A DNA stretch of 64,000 nucleotides, taken from contig CBFGJX010000003.1 in the NCBI GenBank assembly GCA_965649225.1, positions 96,001-160,000 of the forward strand. Direction: 5' to 3'. This stretch comes from a candidate division WOR-3 bacterium. Lineage in GTDB: Bacteria; Hydrothermota; Tepidihabitantia; Tepidihabitantales; Tepidihabitantaceae. Numbering within the stretch: the first letter of the stretch is position 1; each line of letters opens with the position of its first letter. Made by a program: the position numbers and the translations under genes. Positions 1 through 10,700 of the stretch are shown piece after piece. Under the pieces are notes generated by a model. That model saw only the letters and a list, made by a program, of their open reading frames with translations. It was not told the origin of the DNA and ran no database searches.

Positions 1-1603
1 GCCACTGCTCGAGGCCGCCGATCAGATGCCATGCGGTCGGCAGCGGCCGCCAGTCCGGCACCGGTGCCCAGACATCGTAAATCGAAAAAACCGCCTCGGT
101 CGAGTTCAGGGTTACCATCGCTTGGGAAAACCGTCCGGCGGCGGCATTCAGTGTCGTATTTTCCCAGGGCCGGTATTTCACCCCCAGCCGCGGTTCGGGC
201 ACCAGCCGGCCGCCCTTGCTGTAATAGCTCAGTCGGAACCCAGGCTTGACAAACAACCGATTCCCGATCGCCTCCCACTTTTCGTCCAGGTAGACCGCCA
301 GCGGCCAGAGCGAGTCCCGGCGCGAGAAACTTACCGTATCAAAGCCAAAAAACACCCTGACTTGCGACCAGCGGCCGTCGATTCCGAAATCCACCTCGTG
401 CCGGTCAGCGGCAAACCATGTCAAGTCCGCCTTCAACGCGCAGTCGGTCAATCCGGTACGAAACCGGGCAGTATCGGTCTGGATGAAACTCACGCCAAAG
501 TTTGAGTAGAAATCGCTCCAGGCCGCCAGCGCCTCACCGTAAACCACCGGCGAAAGGATGCTGTTCAGCCGCAGCGAGACACCCCGATTGCCCCAGTCAA
601 GCCGGGCGTCAAGCGCCCCGGGGTTGGCCGGGTCTCGAAATGTCAGCACATCCTCGGCCGACAATGCCGCCAGGGTCAGCTTCGTGTCGTGCGACAGGTT
701 GTGATTGATCTTGCCGATGACGTCGTAAAAGTGGTACCCGACTCCCTCCACCCCGAAAGCATCCAGCAGGAGGTCGGGCAGATAGGTGCGCCGGCCGGCC
801 AGCAGAAACGAACCCTTCGGAACCGGCCCCTCAACCTGAGCCTTGGCCGCAATGAAAGAAACTGACCCGTCGCCAACAAACCGTTTGGCGTTCCCATCCT
901 TGGTGACGACGTCAAGAACCGAAGAAAGCCGACCGCCGTAGCGCGACGGAAACCCACCCGCAAGCAGCGTGACATTTGCGATCGCCTCGGGAATGAACGG
1001 CGCAAACAACCCGAACAGATGTGATGGGTTGTAAACCGTGATGCCGTCCAGTAGCACCAGATTCTGGTCCGGCGAACCGCCGCGAATGTAGAGCCGGTTG
1101 GAAAAATCTGAAGTCGTAACCACGCCCGGCAGCAGTTGTACGCTGCGAAACAGGTCGACCTCGCCACCAACCCGCGGGATGGACAGAATCTGGCGCGGGT
1201 CCAGCCGCACAGCCGAAACCTCCACCTCGCGCTCGAACCGGGCCCGCTCCGCCGTCACCTTCACCTCGCCGACCTGAACCCGCACCCGCTTCAGTTCGAT
1301 GTCGACCGTAACCGTCCCCTCGCCGGTTACCAGCAGCCGTTGCCACTCCTCATAGCCGACAAATGACGCCCGCAGAAGGTACCTTCCCGGCGGCACCCGG
1401 CTGATGTAGTAGTACCCCCGTTCGGTTGCGGCAGTGCCCAGCGGCAGCGCGGTATCGCCATCAACCCTCTCCAGCCAGATGCTGGCAAACGCCAGTGGTT
1501 CACCGTCTGCCGCATCGCGGATGAAACCGTTGACGGCACCGGCAATGCCCCGGGCCGACAGACCGGCCAGCAGCAGCAAAACCGCCAGTCCCCGTCGACG
1601 CAA
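1..1603 (-). CDS. TonB-dependent receptor with N-terminal carboxypeptidase-regulatory-like domain (runs off the left edge of the window)
   Basis: Not in the ORF track; translated by hand from TTG at 1603: MRRRGLAVLLLLAGLSARGIAGAVNGFIRDAADGEPLAFAS... followed by the plug motif GGEVDLFRSVQLLPGVVTTSDFSNRLYIRGGSPDQNLVLLDGITVYNPSHLFG...GGFPSRYGGRLSSVLDV. Confidence 0.9.
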   Translation of the reverse strand, partial: MRRRGLAVLLLLAGLSARGIAGAVNGFIRDAADGEPLAFASIWLERVDGDTALPLGTAATERGYYYISRVPPGRYLLRASFVGYEEWQRLLVTGEGTVTVDIELKRVRVQVGEVKVTAERARFEREVEVSAVRLDPRQILSIPRVGGEVDLFRSVQLLPGVVTTSDFSNRLYIRGGSPDQNLVLLDGITVYNPSHLFGLFAPFIPEAIANVTLLAGGFPSRYGGRLSSVLDVVTKDGNAKRFVGDGSVSFIAAKAQVEGPVPKGSFLLAGRRTYLPDLLLDAFGVEGVGYHFYDVIGKINHNLSHDTKLTLAALSAEDVLTFRDPANPGALDARLDWGNRGVSLRLNSILSPVVYGEALAAWSDFYSNFGVSFIQTDTARFRTGLTDCALKADLTWFAADRHEVDFGIDGRWSQVRVFFGFDTVSFSRRDSLWPLAVYLDEKWEAIGNRLFVKPGFRLSYYSKGGRLVPEPRLGVKYRPWENTTLNAAAGRFSQAMVTLNSTEAVFSIYDVWAPVPDWRPLPTAWHLIGGLEQW

Positions 1604-1609
1604 CAGCGG

Positions 1610-2176
1610 TTATCCCTGTGCCAGCTCGCGCACGAGCCGGCGGCCAAACTCCACTGCCGCCCGGCGGATTTCTGCCCGGCGTTCCAGCCGGCGACGGTCC
1701 GGACAGGGCGCAACCACGTGCTCACCGACCAGTTTCAGTCCGGCGTACTGAGCCAGGCGCCGGAACATCTGCACGACAAGGTCGGCACCATCAAAAGGAT
1801 CACCCCCGGCCGTCAGCACCAGTGCCCACCGGTTATCCTGCAGCAATCCCTCCCCATTCAAAAGAGCAAAACAACGGTCGAGCGCAACCTTGGTGACGCC
1901 GGAAACGCTCCAGCAGAAAACCGGACTGGTCCAGACAACCAGGTCGGCATCGGCCATCAGGTCGTAGATCTCAACCATGTCATCGCCCTGACGACAAGCC
2001 GCTTCGGTTCGACACTTCGCGCAGCCGAAGCACTCGTTGCACTCGTGGATGTTTTTCTCCATCAGTCTTATCCGTGTCGCGCGGGTCGTGCGCCCCATGC
2101 CCTCAACGACCCAGTCGGTTATCAGACTGGTATTGCCGATACGCGGACTGCCTTCAAGGAAAAGTACGTGATGCAT
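1610..2176 (-). CDS. Flavodoxin family / iron-sulfur flavoprotein (NADPH-dependent FMN reductase fold)
   Basis: GSPRIGNT FMN loop, CxxCxxCx5C cluster (CNECFGCAKCRTEAAC), DDM, SPVF, and KxxxDR motifs. Confidence 0.9.
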   Translation of the reverse strand: MHHVLFLEGSPRIGNTSLITDWVVEGMGRTTRATRIRLMEKNIHECNECFGCAKCRTEAACRQGDDMVEIYDLMADADLVVWTSPVFCWSVSGVTKVALDRCFALLNGEGLLQDNRWALVLTAGGDPFDGADLVVQMFRRLAQYAGLKLVGEHVVAPCPDRRRLERRAEIRRAAVEFGRRLVRELAQG

Positions 2177-2356
2177 CTCGACTCCTTTACGCTCAGGATG
2201 AGGCTACCGGTGAGGGGCAGTCAGTCAAGCCAACGCTGCCCTGCAACCTTCCGCCTCGTCCGTCCGTCTCAATGGCTGACAACGCACTTTGACCTCCTGA
2301 CCAGAACGGTGCAAGCAGGGGCATGACAGCCCAACTGCCTCCATCTCCAGCCTCCT

Positions 2357-2390
2357 GCGGTCGCCCCCGACGGGGCGACCGCTTTCTGTT
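2357..2390 (+). terminator. Terminator-like hairpin in a divergent intergenic region
   Basis: gcggtcgcccc/ggggcgaccgc 11-bp stem followed by tttctgtt. Confidence 0.5.
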
Positions 2391-2487
2391 CCAGCCGCGC
2401 ACTGTCCTCTTGACTGCAACAAGACTCTCATTACCCTGATGCATATCGGCAACGGTTGATTTTCCGGTCCGTCTCCAGTCAACACTG

Positions 2488-3468
2488 GTGCCGGCCGAAG
2501 CCCTGGCGACGCTCTCGGGCCGGCCCTGCCTGTCCCCAGGTGAACTGATAACGCTCGAACCGGGTGCCGTCCTGCACAGTGACCGCAACCCGATCCTGCC
2601 CGGACTCGGGTTCTGCGACCCGCACGCCCGGCTCGCACCCGACGGCCGGCTCTTCATCTACGCCACCCACGACGCCACACCATCAAATCCGGACTACACG
2701 ATGCACGACTGGTGGGTCTGGTCGACGCGCGACCTTGCCCACTGGACATTTGAAGGCGCACTCCGTCCCGAACAGACCGCCATCGCTGCGCCTTCTTCGG
2801 CCTGCTGGGCAACCGATGCTCTGCTGGCTGACAATCAGGCCTGGTGGTATCTGTCGGACGGCCCGCGTCGCATCCGGGTGATGCACGGTGCCGGTCCGGC
2901 CGGTCCCTGGCGTGATGGCAGCGCCCGACCGCTGGTTGCGGAAACCGACCTGCCCGGTCAGTCACGCGACCCGGCCGTCTTCATTGATACCGATGGCTCG
3001 GAGTGGCTGGTATTTGGTACCTGGGATTTCTATCTCTGCCGCCTTGCCCCGAACCGGACCAGTTTCGCCGCCCGGCCGCGACGGCTGGAAATCCGCAACC
3101 CGCAGGGCCCCTATGGTCCGGGCCGCACTGACGACAAGCCCTGTCTGCACTTTCGCCGCGGCTGGTATTATCTGAGCTGGGGCTGCTTCGCTGCCCGTTC
3201 CCGGACACTGCTCGGGCCGTACGACTGTGACGGCCCGTTCTTCGCTCCAGCCCTGGCGGAACCTCCTTTCCGCAGTGTCGAGAACTTCTTTCTCGACCGC
3301 CATGGCTCGTTCTTTGATTTCCTCGACCGCCACTGGTTTATCGCCAACGACTTCAGCCGCAAAGGCGCCAGCCCGTACTTCCGCGACAGTATCATCGTGC
3401 CGGTCGAATACCGTCCTGACGGACGAATCGCCCCGGTCTCTCTCGGTGCTGCCTACCTGTGCTCGTGA
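2488..3468 (+). CDS. Glycoside hydrolase family 43-like protein
   Basis: NPILPG..CDPH, LFIYATHD, WATDA, RDPAVFIDTDG, WYYLSW, HGSFF five-blade propeller motifs. Start position uncertain. Confidence 0.85.
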   Translation: MPAEALATLSGRPCLSPGELITLEPGAVLHSDRNPILPGLGFCDPHARLAPDGRLFIYATHDATPSNPDYTMHDWWVWSTRDLAHWTFEGALRPEQTAIAAPSSACWATDALLADNQAWWYLSDGPRRIRVMHGAGPAGPWRDGSARPLVAETDLPGQSRDPAVFIDTDGSEWLVFGTWDFYLCRLAPNRTSFAARPRRLEIRNPQGPYGPGRTDDKPCLHFRRGWYYLSWGCFAARSRTLLGPYDCDGPFFAPALAEPPFRSVENFFLDRHGSFFDFLDRHWFIANDFSRKGASPYFRDSIIVPVEYRPDGRIAPVSLGAAYLCS

Positions 3469-3521
3469 ACTCCGCCGGCCCTGACCACGATCACCCGTTT
3501 CCGCCCCGACGGCCAGCCGGC

Positions 3522-3549
3522 TTGACTTCTGCCCTGTCGTTACTAGCCT
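3522..3549 (+). promoter_or_regulatory. Sigma70-type promoter, probably leaderless, for the purH-like gene
   Basis: TTGACT-N16-TAGCCT, 6 nt before ATG 3556; no Shine-Dalgarno. Confidence 0.6.
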
Positions 3550-3555
3550 GACGCC

Positions 3556-4725
3556 ATGGACGAGCTCAGACTTCGCTACGGCATCAACCCGCACCAGGTT
3601 CCGGCCCGCGCCTGCGTCCACTCCGGCCATCTGCCTTTTCGGGTTCTCAATGGCGCGCCCGGCTACATCAACCTGCTTGACGCACTCAACTCCTGGCAGC
3701 TCGTGCAGGAACTCAAGAACCTCACCGGTCTGCCCGCTGCTGCCAGCTTCAAACACGTCAGCCCGGCCGGCTGCGCCGTCAGCCGACCGCTGACGCCCGA
3801 GCTCGCCGAATCACTTTTTGTCAAACCCGCCGAACTCTCGCCGCTTGCCCTCGCCTATGCCCGGGCCCGTGGCGCGGACCGGATGTCGTCGTTCGGCGAC
3901 TGGGCCGCGCTCTCCGACCCGGTTGATGAAGCTACCGCCCGCATCATCGCCCGCGAAGTCTCGGACGGCTGCATCGCCCCGGGCTATGAACCGGCCGCAC
4001 TCGAAATCCTGAAAAAGAAAAAGGCCGGCCGTTACCCGGTGCTTGAAATTGACCCCGACTACTCACCCGGCCCACTCGAAACCCGCGAGGTCTTCGGCGT
4101 CCGCCTCGAACAGGCCCGCAACACCGCGGTCATCGGTCCCGACCTGCTCGCCAATATCGTCACCCGCAACCGAACGATTCCCGAATCGGCCCGGCTCGAC
4201 ATGCTCATCGCCACGCTGTGCCTGAAATACACCCAGTCCAACTCAATCTGCCTCGCGTGGGACGGCAATGTCATCGGTGTCGGCGCCGGCCAGCAGTCCC
4301 GCATCCACTGCACCCGCCTCGCCTGTGCCAAGGCCGACAAATGGCTGTTGCGCCTGCATCCGAAAATCCGCAACCTCGCCTTCCGGAAAGAACTCACCCG
4401 TTCCGACAAAGCCACGGCCATCGACCTTTATCTTGAAGAAGACGCAACCGAAGCCGAGCTCGCAGCCTGGCGCACAAACTTCACGGTTGTGCCCGAGCCA
4501 TTGTCCGCCGCCGAAAAACGCGACTGGCTCGCCCGTTACAATGAGATTGCTCTCGCCTCCGATGCTTTCATTCCGTTCCGTGACAACATCGACCGTGCGG
4601 CCCGTTCCGGCGTGCGCTACGTGGTCCAGACCGGGGGCTCGACGCGCGATGAGGAAGTCATCGCCGCAGCCGATGAATACGGAATGGTAATGGCCTTCAC
4701 CGGGTTGCGACTGTTCCACCACTAG
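3556..4725 (+). CDS. purH: AICAR transformylase (PurH C-terminal-domain-only type)
   Basis: LRYGINPHQ, YINLLDA, SFKHVSPAG, SSFGD, KYTQSNS, GAGQQSRIHC, ASDAFIPFRD and C-terminal RLFHH. The N-terminal IMP cyclohydrolase domain is absent. Confidence 0.92.
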   Translation: MDELRLRYGINPHQVPARACVHSGHLPFRVLNGAPGYINLLDALNSWQLVQELKNLTGLPAAASFKHVSPAGCAVSRPLTPELAESLFVKPAELSPLALAYARARGADRMSSFGDWAALSDPVDEATARIIAREVSDGCIAPGYEPAALEILKKKKAGRYPVLEIDPDYSPGPLETREVFGVRLEQARNTAVIGPDLLANIVTRNRTIPESARLDMLIATLCLKYTQSNSICLAWDGNVIGVGAGQQSRIHCTRLACAKADKWLLRLHPKIRNLAFRKELTRSDKATAIDLYLEEDATEAELAAWRTNFTVVPEPLSAAEKRDWLARYNEIALASDAFIPFRDNIDRAARSGVRYVVQTGGSTRDEEVIAAADEYGMVMAFTGLRLFHH

Positions 4726-5504
4726 CCTTGCCTGCGGCCGGCTGCCGTCCGTTTCGACCGACTGTGCTGTCTGCCGCTGTTCCTGGAAGCGGACTCTAGC
4801 CGCCCAGCCGACTCTACCGGTTTGCCGATACCAGCGACACCACCTGCCTGCACCCCCCAGTTGGCCGGCCGCCCCGATGTTCTCCCTTATGTTCTGACCG
4901 GCAGCAAAAGAGACGACCGGAACCGGACTCTGTCGGCTCGGCCAACAATGGTACAAAAGCAACAACATACTGACAAATTAATACTTAAGCTTGTAGAGGG
5001 TCTGCTACCGGACGGTTTCCCCCGCGGCTCTGGCCGACTGCGCTCAAGACCAGTTGCCTGCTCACCGTCGGGTCAACAGCAGTTGAACCCCGGTCTCCTT
5101 CGTCAACAAGCCGCCGGCCATCATCGACAGTCGTGAAAACCGGCAACTGCTGACCGGGACCTCTGTCTGCTCTCCGGTTGGTCTGACACTAACGGACGGC
5201 CTGTGTCCGATACCGGTCGTTTCTCCCCGCCTGACGTTGACCAGTTGAAGCGCGGTCGCATCCATGCCATATCCCGGACCGCAGGTTTGGCGGCCCGGCT
5301 GTGTCAAATATTCGGTTACTTCCGGAGGCCTCACTCGGGGACCGACTAACGGCAATGTCGGTCCCGGCGGTTTTTGACCGGCTGGCCATCGGATAGACAA
5401 AGCCGGCACAGCCCAACTGTGACCGAACTAAGGCAAGCACCCGTCCAACCTGACGGCGGGCAAAACGCGGACAGACTATCTGTCCCTGTTGAAAGGCGAA
5501 TTGC

Positions 5505-7637
5505 ATGAGACCTGATACCAGCAGCCCGGTTTCGATACTGTCGCTGACCGTAACGCTGCTGTTGTCTGGCGTAGTTGCATCGGCCCAGCCCGAACCCTGG
5601 CGCCACCCGGACAACACGATTCACTGGTACGATGCCATGACGGCACGAAACGGCATCCGCTGGCGCGAGGCAATGACTGCTGCCGGAAAACTCGGCGGCT
5701 ACCTTGCCACGCTGACCACCGTCGCCGAGAACAACCTTGTCGCCAGCTTGTGCGACAAGGACAGCCTCTGGTATCTGCGTCCCGACCGTGGCATTCTCAG
5801 CGGCCCCTGGCTGGGTGGATATCAACTACCCGGCTCGCGCCTGCCCGACGAAGGCTGGGTCTGGGTGACCGGTGAGCCCTTCGACCTGCGCAACTGGTCA
5901 TCGGGCGAACCGGATGATTTCGGCGGTGACGAGGATGCGCTCCATTTTGGCAGCTGGGGAACTGCCCGTGTTTCAACCTGGGCGGATTTGGCTTCGGCCT
6001 ATCCGAACAACCGCGGCTATGCAATTGAACTTTCGGCCGAAACCACCACGGTCGGATTGATTCGGTCCGATTCCGGCGCCTGCCCCGGCTATACCCTGCT
6101 CGCGCCGCTTTCCTCCAACCAGGTCTATCTGCTTGATATCAAAGGCCGACCGGTCCACCGCTGGCAGGGGACTGACAACTTTGCCACCGCCAACTACCTG
6201 CTGGGCGACGGCCGCCTGCTGCGCATCGCCCGCGGTGTGGCCAACGGTCGCATCGAAATCCTCGATTGGAACAGCAACCCGGTCTGGCGTTTTGTCAATC
6301 CCGGTGGCGGCAGCTTCGGACTGCACCACGATGCCATCTATCTGCCGTCAGGGAACATCCTAGCCATCTCTTACGAATACAAGACCCGGGCCGAGGCCAT
6401 CGCCGCCGGCCGCAACCCCGCCCGCCTGACCGACAACTACATCATCCCCGACAAGATCATCGAGGTCAATCCGGCGACAAACACAATCGTCTGGGAATGG
6501 CACGCCTGGGACCATCTGATCCAGGACTTCGACTCGACCAAGGCGAACTACGGCGTGGTCCGCGACCACCCGGAGCTGATTGACATCAACTTCGGACCGA
6601 CCCGGGCCGACTGGCTGCACTGCAATAGCCTCGACTACAATCCTGAATTTGACCAGGTCATCCTGACCAGCCGCAACCTGAGTGAATTCTGGGTGATAGA
6701 TCACAGCACCACGACCGAAGAAGCACGCGGGCACACCGGCGGACGTTACGGGATGGGTGGCGATATTCTCTACCGCTGGGGCAACCCGCAGGTATACCGT
6801 GCCGGCGACTCGACCAGTCAGCGCCTGTTTGGCCCGCACAACACTCACTGGATCCGGGACGGCCTGCGTGGCGCCGGCAACCTGCTCGTTTTCAACAACG
6901 GCTGGCTCCGCCCGGGCGGCTACTATTCCACGGTTGAGGAACTGGTGCCGCCTTGCGATAGCACCGGCCGCTATGCCCGGCCGGCTCCGGGCCAGCCATT
7001 TCCGCCCACGGCGCCGGTCTGGGTTTGGGGCGCCACTCCACCCAGCGAGAAGTACTCGCCCACCATCAGCGGTGCCCAGCGGCTGCCTAACGGCAACACG
7101 CTGATCTGCAACGGTGAGGCCGGCGACATCTTCGAGGTCGGATCGGACAGTCTGATTCTCTGGGAATATGTCAACCCCGTCTCCGACACCGGACCGATCC
7201 GCCAGAGCGAAATCGAAGCCAACCTCAGCGTATTTCGTGCTCTCCGCTATCCAGCCGACTATCCCGGACTCGTCGGCCGCGACCTGAAACCCGGCTATCC
7301 GCTTGAACGTTACGAAACTCCGCCGCTGGCCCTGTCGGACCGACCGGCCTCCTCCCGGACTGGCAGCGTCACTTTCGCCGTCGGGCCCAATCCGACCCGC
7401 AGCACCGCTACCATGCGTTATTCGCTTCCCGCGCCCGGCCCATTGCGCATCGCCATCTATGATGGCTCCGGTCGTCTGATCCGCACCCTCAAAGACGACA
7501 AACACGCTGCCGCCAGTGGCAAAGTCCTCTGGGACGGAACCGATGAAAATCGCCAGAAGGTCGGCACCGGCGTCTATCTCTACCTCCTTTCTGCCGGCGA
7601 CGTAACCCGCGCCTGCCGGCTCATCCTGATGAGATAA
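5505..7637 (+). CDS. Secreted C-type-lectin-domain + arylsulfate sulfotransferase (ASST)-like protein with FlgD/T9SS-type C-terminal tail
   Basis: Signal peptide; lectin motifs (GGYLATL, WLGG, WVWVTGE, NWSSGEPD); ASST motifs HHD, WLHCNSLDY, SRN, GPHN, SGAQRLPNGNTLI; tail PNP..IYDGSGRLIRTL..WDG..GVYLY. Confidence 0.85.
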   Translation: MRPDTSSPVSILSLTVTLLLSGVVASAQPEPWRHPDNTIHWYDAMTARNGIRWREAMTAAGKLGGYLATLTTVAENNLVASLCDKDSLWYLRPDRGILSGPWLGGYQLPGSRLPDEGWVWVTGEPFDLRNWSSGEPDDFGGDEDALHFGSWGTARVSTWADLASAYPNNRGYAIELSAETTTVGLIRSDSGACPGYTLLAPLSSNQVYLLDIKGRPVHRWQGTDNFATANYLLGDGRLLRIARGVANGRIEILDWNSNPVWRFVNPGGGSFGLHHDAIYLPSGNILAISYEYKTRAEAIAAGRNPARLTDNYIIPDKIIEVNPATNTIVWEWHAWDHLIQDFDSTKANYGVVRDHPELIDINFGPTRADWLHCNSLDYNPEFDQVILTSRNLSEFWVIDHSTTTEEARGHTGGRYGMGGDILYRWGNPQVYRAGDSTSQRLFGPHNTHWIRDGLRGAGNLLVFNNGWLRPGGYYSTVEELVPPCDSTGRYARPAPGQPFPPTAPVWVWGATPPSEKYSPTISGAQRLPNGNTLICNGEAGDIFEVGSDSLILWEYVNPVSDTGPIRQSEIEANLSVFRALRYPADYPGLVGRDLKPGYPLERYETPPLALSDRPASSRTGSVTFAVGPNPTRSTATMRYSLPAPGPLRIAIYDGSGRLIRTLKDDKHAAASGKVLWDGTDENRQKVGTGVYLYLLSAGDVTRACRLILMR

Positions 7638-7658
7638 CGCCCGCCGGCCGGAAGCAAA

Positions 7659-7688
7659 CAGCGGGACGGGAATCTTCCCGTCCCGCTG
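7659..7688. terminator. Terminator hairpin between convergent genes
   Basis: cagcgggacgggaa/ttcccgtcccgctg inverted repeat. Confidence 0.75.
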
Positions 7689-7704
7689 AATATCTGCCGG
7701 TTTT

Positions 7705-10700
7705 TCAGCGCAGTACCGTCAATCTGACTCCGACCCCAGCCATACCGGAAACCGTCAGATAATAAACACCGGCTGGCAGCCGCCCGACATCAGTCGCGAC
7801 AGTTGAACCGCCGGTAACTGGAACAGCATGCACCCTGCGGCCAGCCGCGTCATAAAACTGCAACTGCGACACGGAACTACCGGACAGTCGAGCGGATGGC
7901 AGATTGACGATGACCCGGCCCGCGGCCGGATTCGGCGTAACCCGGAGCCCATCGGCCATTTCTGCACCAACACGACTGTCCCGGCCGGCGAATCCAGCAG
8001 CCACCCCGTTCTCAACCGGCACATAACGCCACAGTTCCAGCGTCCGGTTACCTTTCAGCGCATAGAGCGCCTGGCTGCCGGCCGCGATGTCGCCACCAGC
8101 CTTGACCCGGCGGCGTTTGAGTGTCGAACCGACCGCCGGTATCGTATCCTCTTCCTGCCAGATCTGCCGGTAGGGGTCATAGCTGTAGAAATCCTGGCTG
8201 TTGCCGCCTTTCAACGCCCAGATACGGCCTGCCAGCAGGGCGGCCGAGCCGCCGTCCTTGCTCTTTTTGCTCCTGCCGGTCTGACCGCACAGCAGCGGCA
8301 TTCCAGACCGGACATCACTCCACCGGCCGGCAAGGAGATCATAACTGTACAGCTCATGAACCCGGGCCTTGTGGGCAACGATCAGACCGGCGGCTTTAGC
8401 TGCCGGCCGGCTGTCCGGCACATACACCAGCCAGGAACCCCGGTCCCACCTTGCCCGGGAACCACTCGGAGCATCAGGCAATACCTGCCACTCACCCGTT
8501 GTGGCATTGAAGCGGTAGAACTCGCAGCCAGAACCCTTGAGCAGATATACGTAACCGCTGTCGCCGGCATTGACCCAGACGAGGTCGCTACCGCCCTTCA
8601 TCTTTCTGCCCTGCGGGCCGGCGGGAACGTCGGCGAGCTGTTCCCACGAAGCGCTGGCGATGTCGTAGCGCCAGAACCCCAGCGTTCCGTTGCCCTTGAC
8701 CGCATAAACCCGACCTGCCCCGTCAGCACAGGCAGCCGCGCCCCGATAGGGTGGCCTGCCCTCCGTTCCTGCCGGCCACGGAGTCAACTGGCCGAAAGTA
8801 TCCGCGACCGGCTGGAAAAACAGCATGTCCGGCGTCTTGTTTCCCCGGGCGATGACAAATCGGCCCGACTGCTGGTCAAAAACAATCCATCCGCCGTCCT
8901 TGACCGCCCGATTCGATGGTACCAGCGGCAGATTGGGCATCTCAACCCAGCCCGGCTGAATTGGCGGCCGACCGGCAACAACTGCAAACTGGCGGCTCAG
9001 CGTGTCGTTTGCCTGATTGCCATCGAAGGCAATCGCGACTGAACAACGCGCGACATACGGACCGGCCCGCCGCGACCCGGTCCATGGCTGAAACCACAGT
9101 TCTCGGGTCTCGCCCGACCCCAGACCGACAACAACGAGCGAGTCACGATAGTCGGTATCCGGACCGCTGATGCGGAACCACGCCATGAAATCCGCCCCGG
9201 CCGCGCCAAAATTGCCCAGCCGGGCACCGGGCATTACTGTCGCGGCTGAATCAACCGTATCGGCCGGTGCCAGCAGGCCGATTACCCCGACATCTACGGT
9301 ATTGACCGTGAACGCCGTGGTCGCGGTGTCATTTGCCCGGACATTGTCAACCATTTGGGCGACCGAACAGCGCCCGACCCAGCTCCCGGGTGTTGCCGTC
9401 CATTGCGCAAAGCTCAGTGTCGTATCAGCCGGCGGCAGACCGGCGGCAAGAAAAACGCTGTCACGGTAGGAAGAAGCAATCACGAACCAGACCCGCACCG
9501 GTTCGCGCTGGGTGCCGTTGTTGCGCACCACTGCCTGCGGTACAACTGGACCGGGAGGTACCGCTCCCGTCGGCGCACTGACCGCAACCACTGCCGCGTC
9601 GTGCACCAGTACCGTGACACTGTCCAGCTGCCGGTCATTCGCCGGCAGCAAGTCCCCGGCCAGCTCAGTCGAACAGCGGACGGCGTTCAATCCGCGACTC
9701 TGGGCAGTCCAGGCCGGAAAACTCACCCGGCGTCTTTCGCCCGGGGCATGACTGCTGACCGATACTGTCTGATTATAACCGCTGCCGATTCGCATCCGGA
9801 CGCTGTAACTGACTGTCGTGGGACCGTTGTTGACCACCGAGCATGCCGGTACAATCACCGCACCGGTATCCACAAGCCCTGCCGGTGCGGTGATGCCGGT
9901 ACAGGCCACATCCAGCGGCGGATTGCCGTTGACCACCCGAACCCGCTGGGAATCGACCCGAACATTACCGGCCGCATCCTTTGCCCGGACATAAACCCAG
10001 TAGTAGCCGTCATGAAAATCCGCGGTTGCCCAGCGACCGGTGCTGTCGGTCACTTCGATTGTCGAATCGCCGTCCGTGTTGGTAACGATGTGGAAGTAAT
10101 CACGGTAATCATAGTCGCCCCGGGTATTGCAGACGGCGTCATCCTTGTAGACAACACCGATTTCCGGTGTTCCGGGTGGTGGCAGTCCGTATTTGTAGCT
10201 CAAAGCCAGCCGCCAGGGTAGTGAATCCCAGTCTCCGCGAATCCGGTAGTCAAGAATGAACGGCGCCAACCGGTCCCAGACGGCATTGCCGGTCGAGAGC
10301 GTCATTTTGTCGTATACCTTGGCGATGATGTCAACATTCCCATACAGACTGTCCGGGTCGAGGTAGCTCGAGCTGTTGTCACGACAGAAGGCGAAGCGTG
10401 ACCCGCTGCGGGCGTTTTCAAAAACCGGTCGTACCGTGTCGGACTGCGGCTGAAGCAAAGTCAGTGGATTCTGAATGAACCACCAGGTGTAATTGGGAAA
10501 ACGCTGCCAGGTCGCACCGGTATCGGAAATCCGGGCGAAGTGAATATGCTGGAAGTTGTAGGGAAAATCCACCAGATAACCGATGAGTTCACCGGCCTGA
10601 ACTTCATCGCCAACGTTCTTGTGCGGCCGGGCCGGATCGATATGAGCATAAAGCCAGCCGGTACAACGACCGGTGTTGGCCATCGCCGAATCGGATATTG

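Noticed and set aside
3469..3555. ZTP or purine riboswitch upstream of the purH-like gene
   Set aside because: The promoter ends 6 nt before the ATG, leaving no leader.
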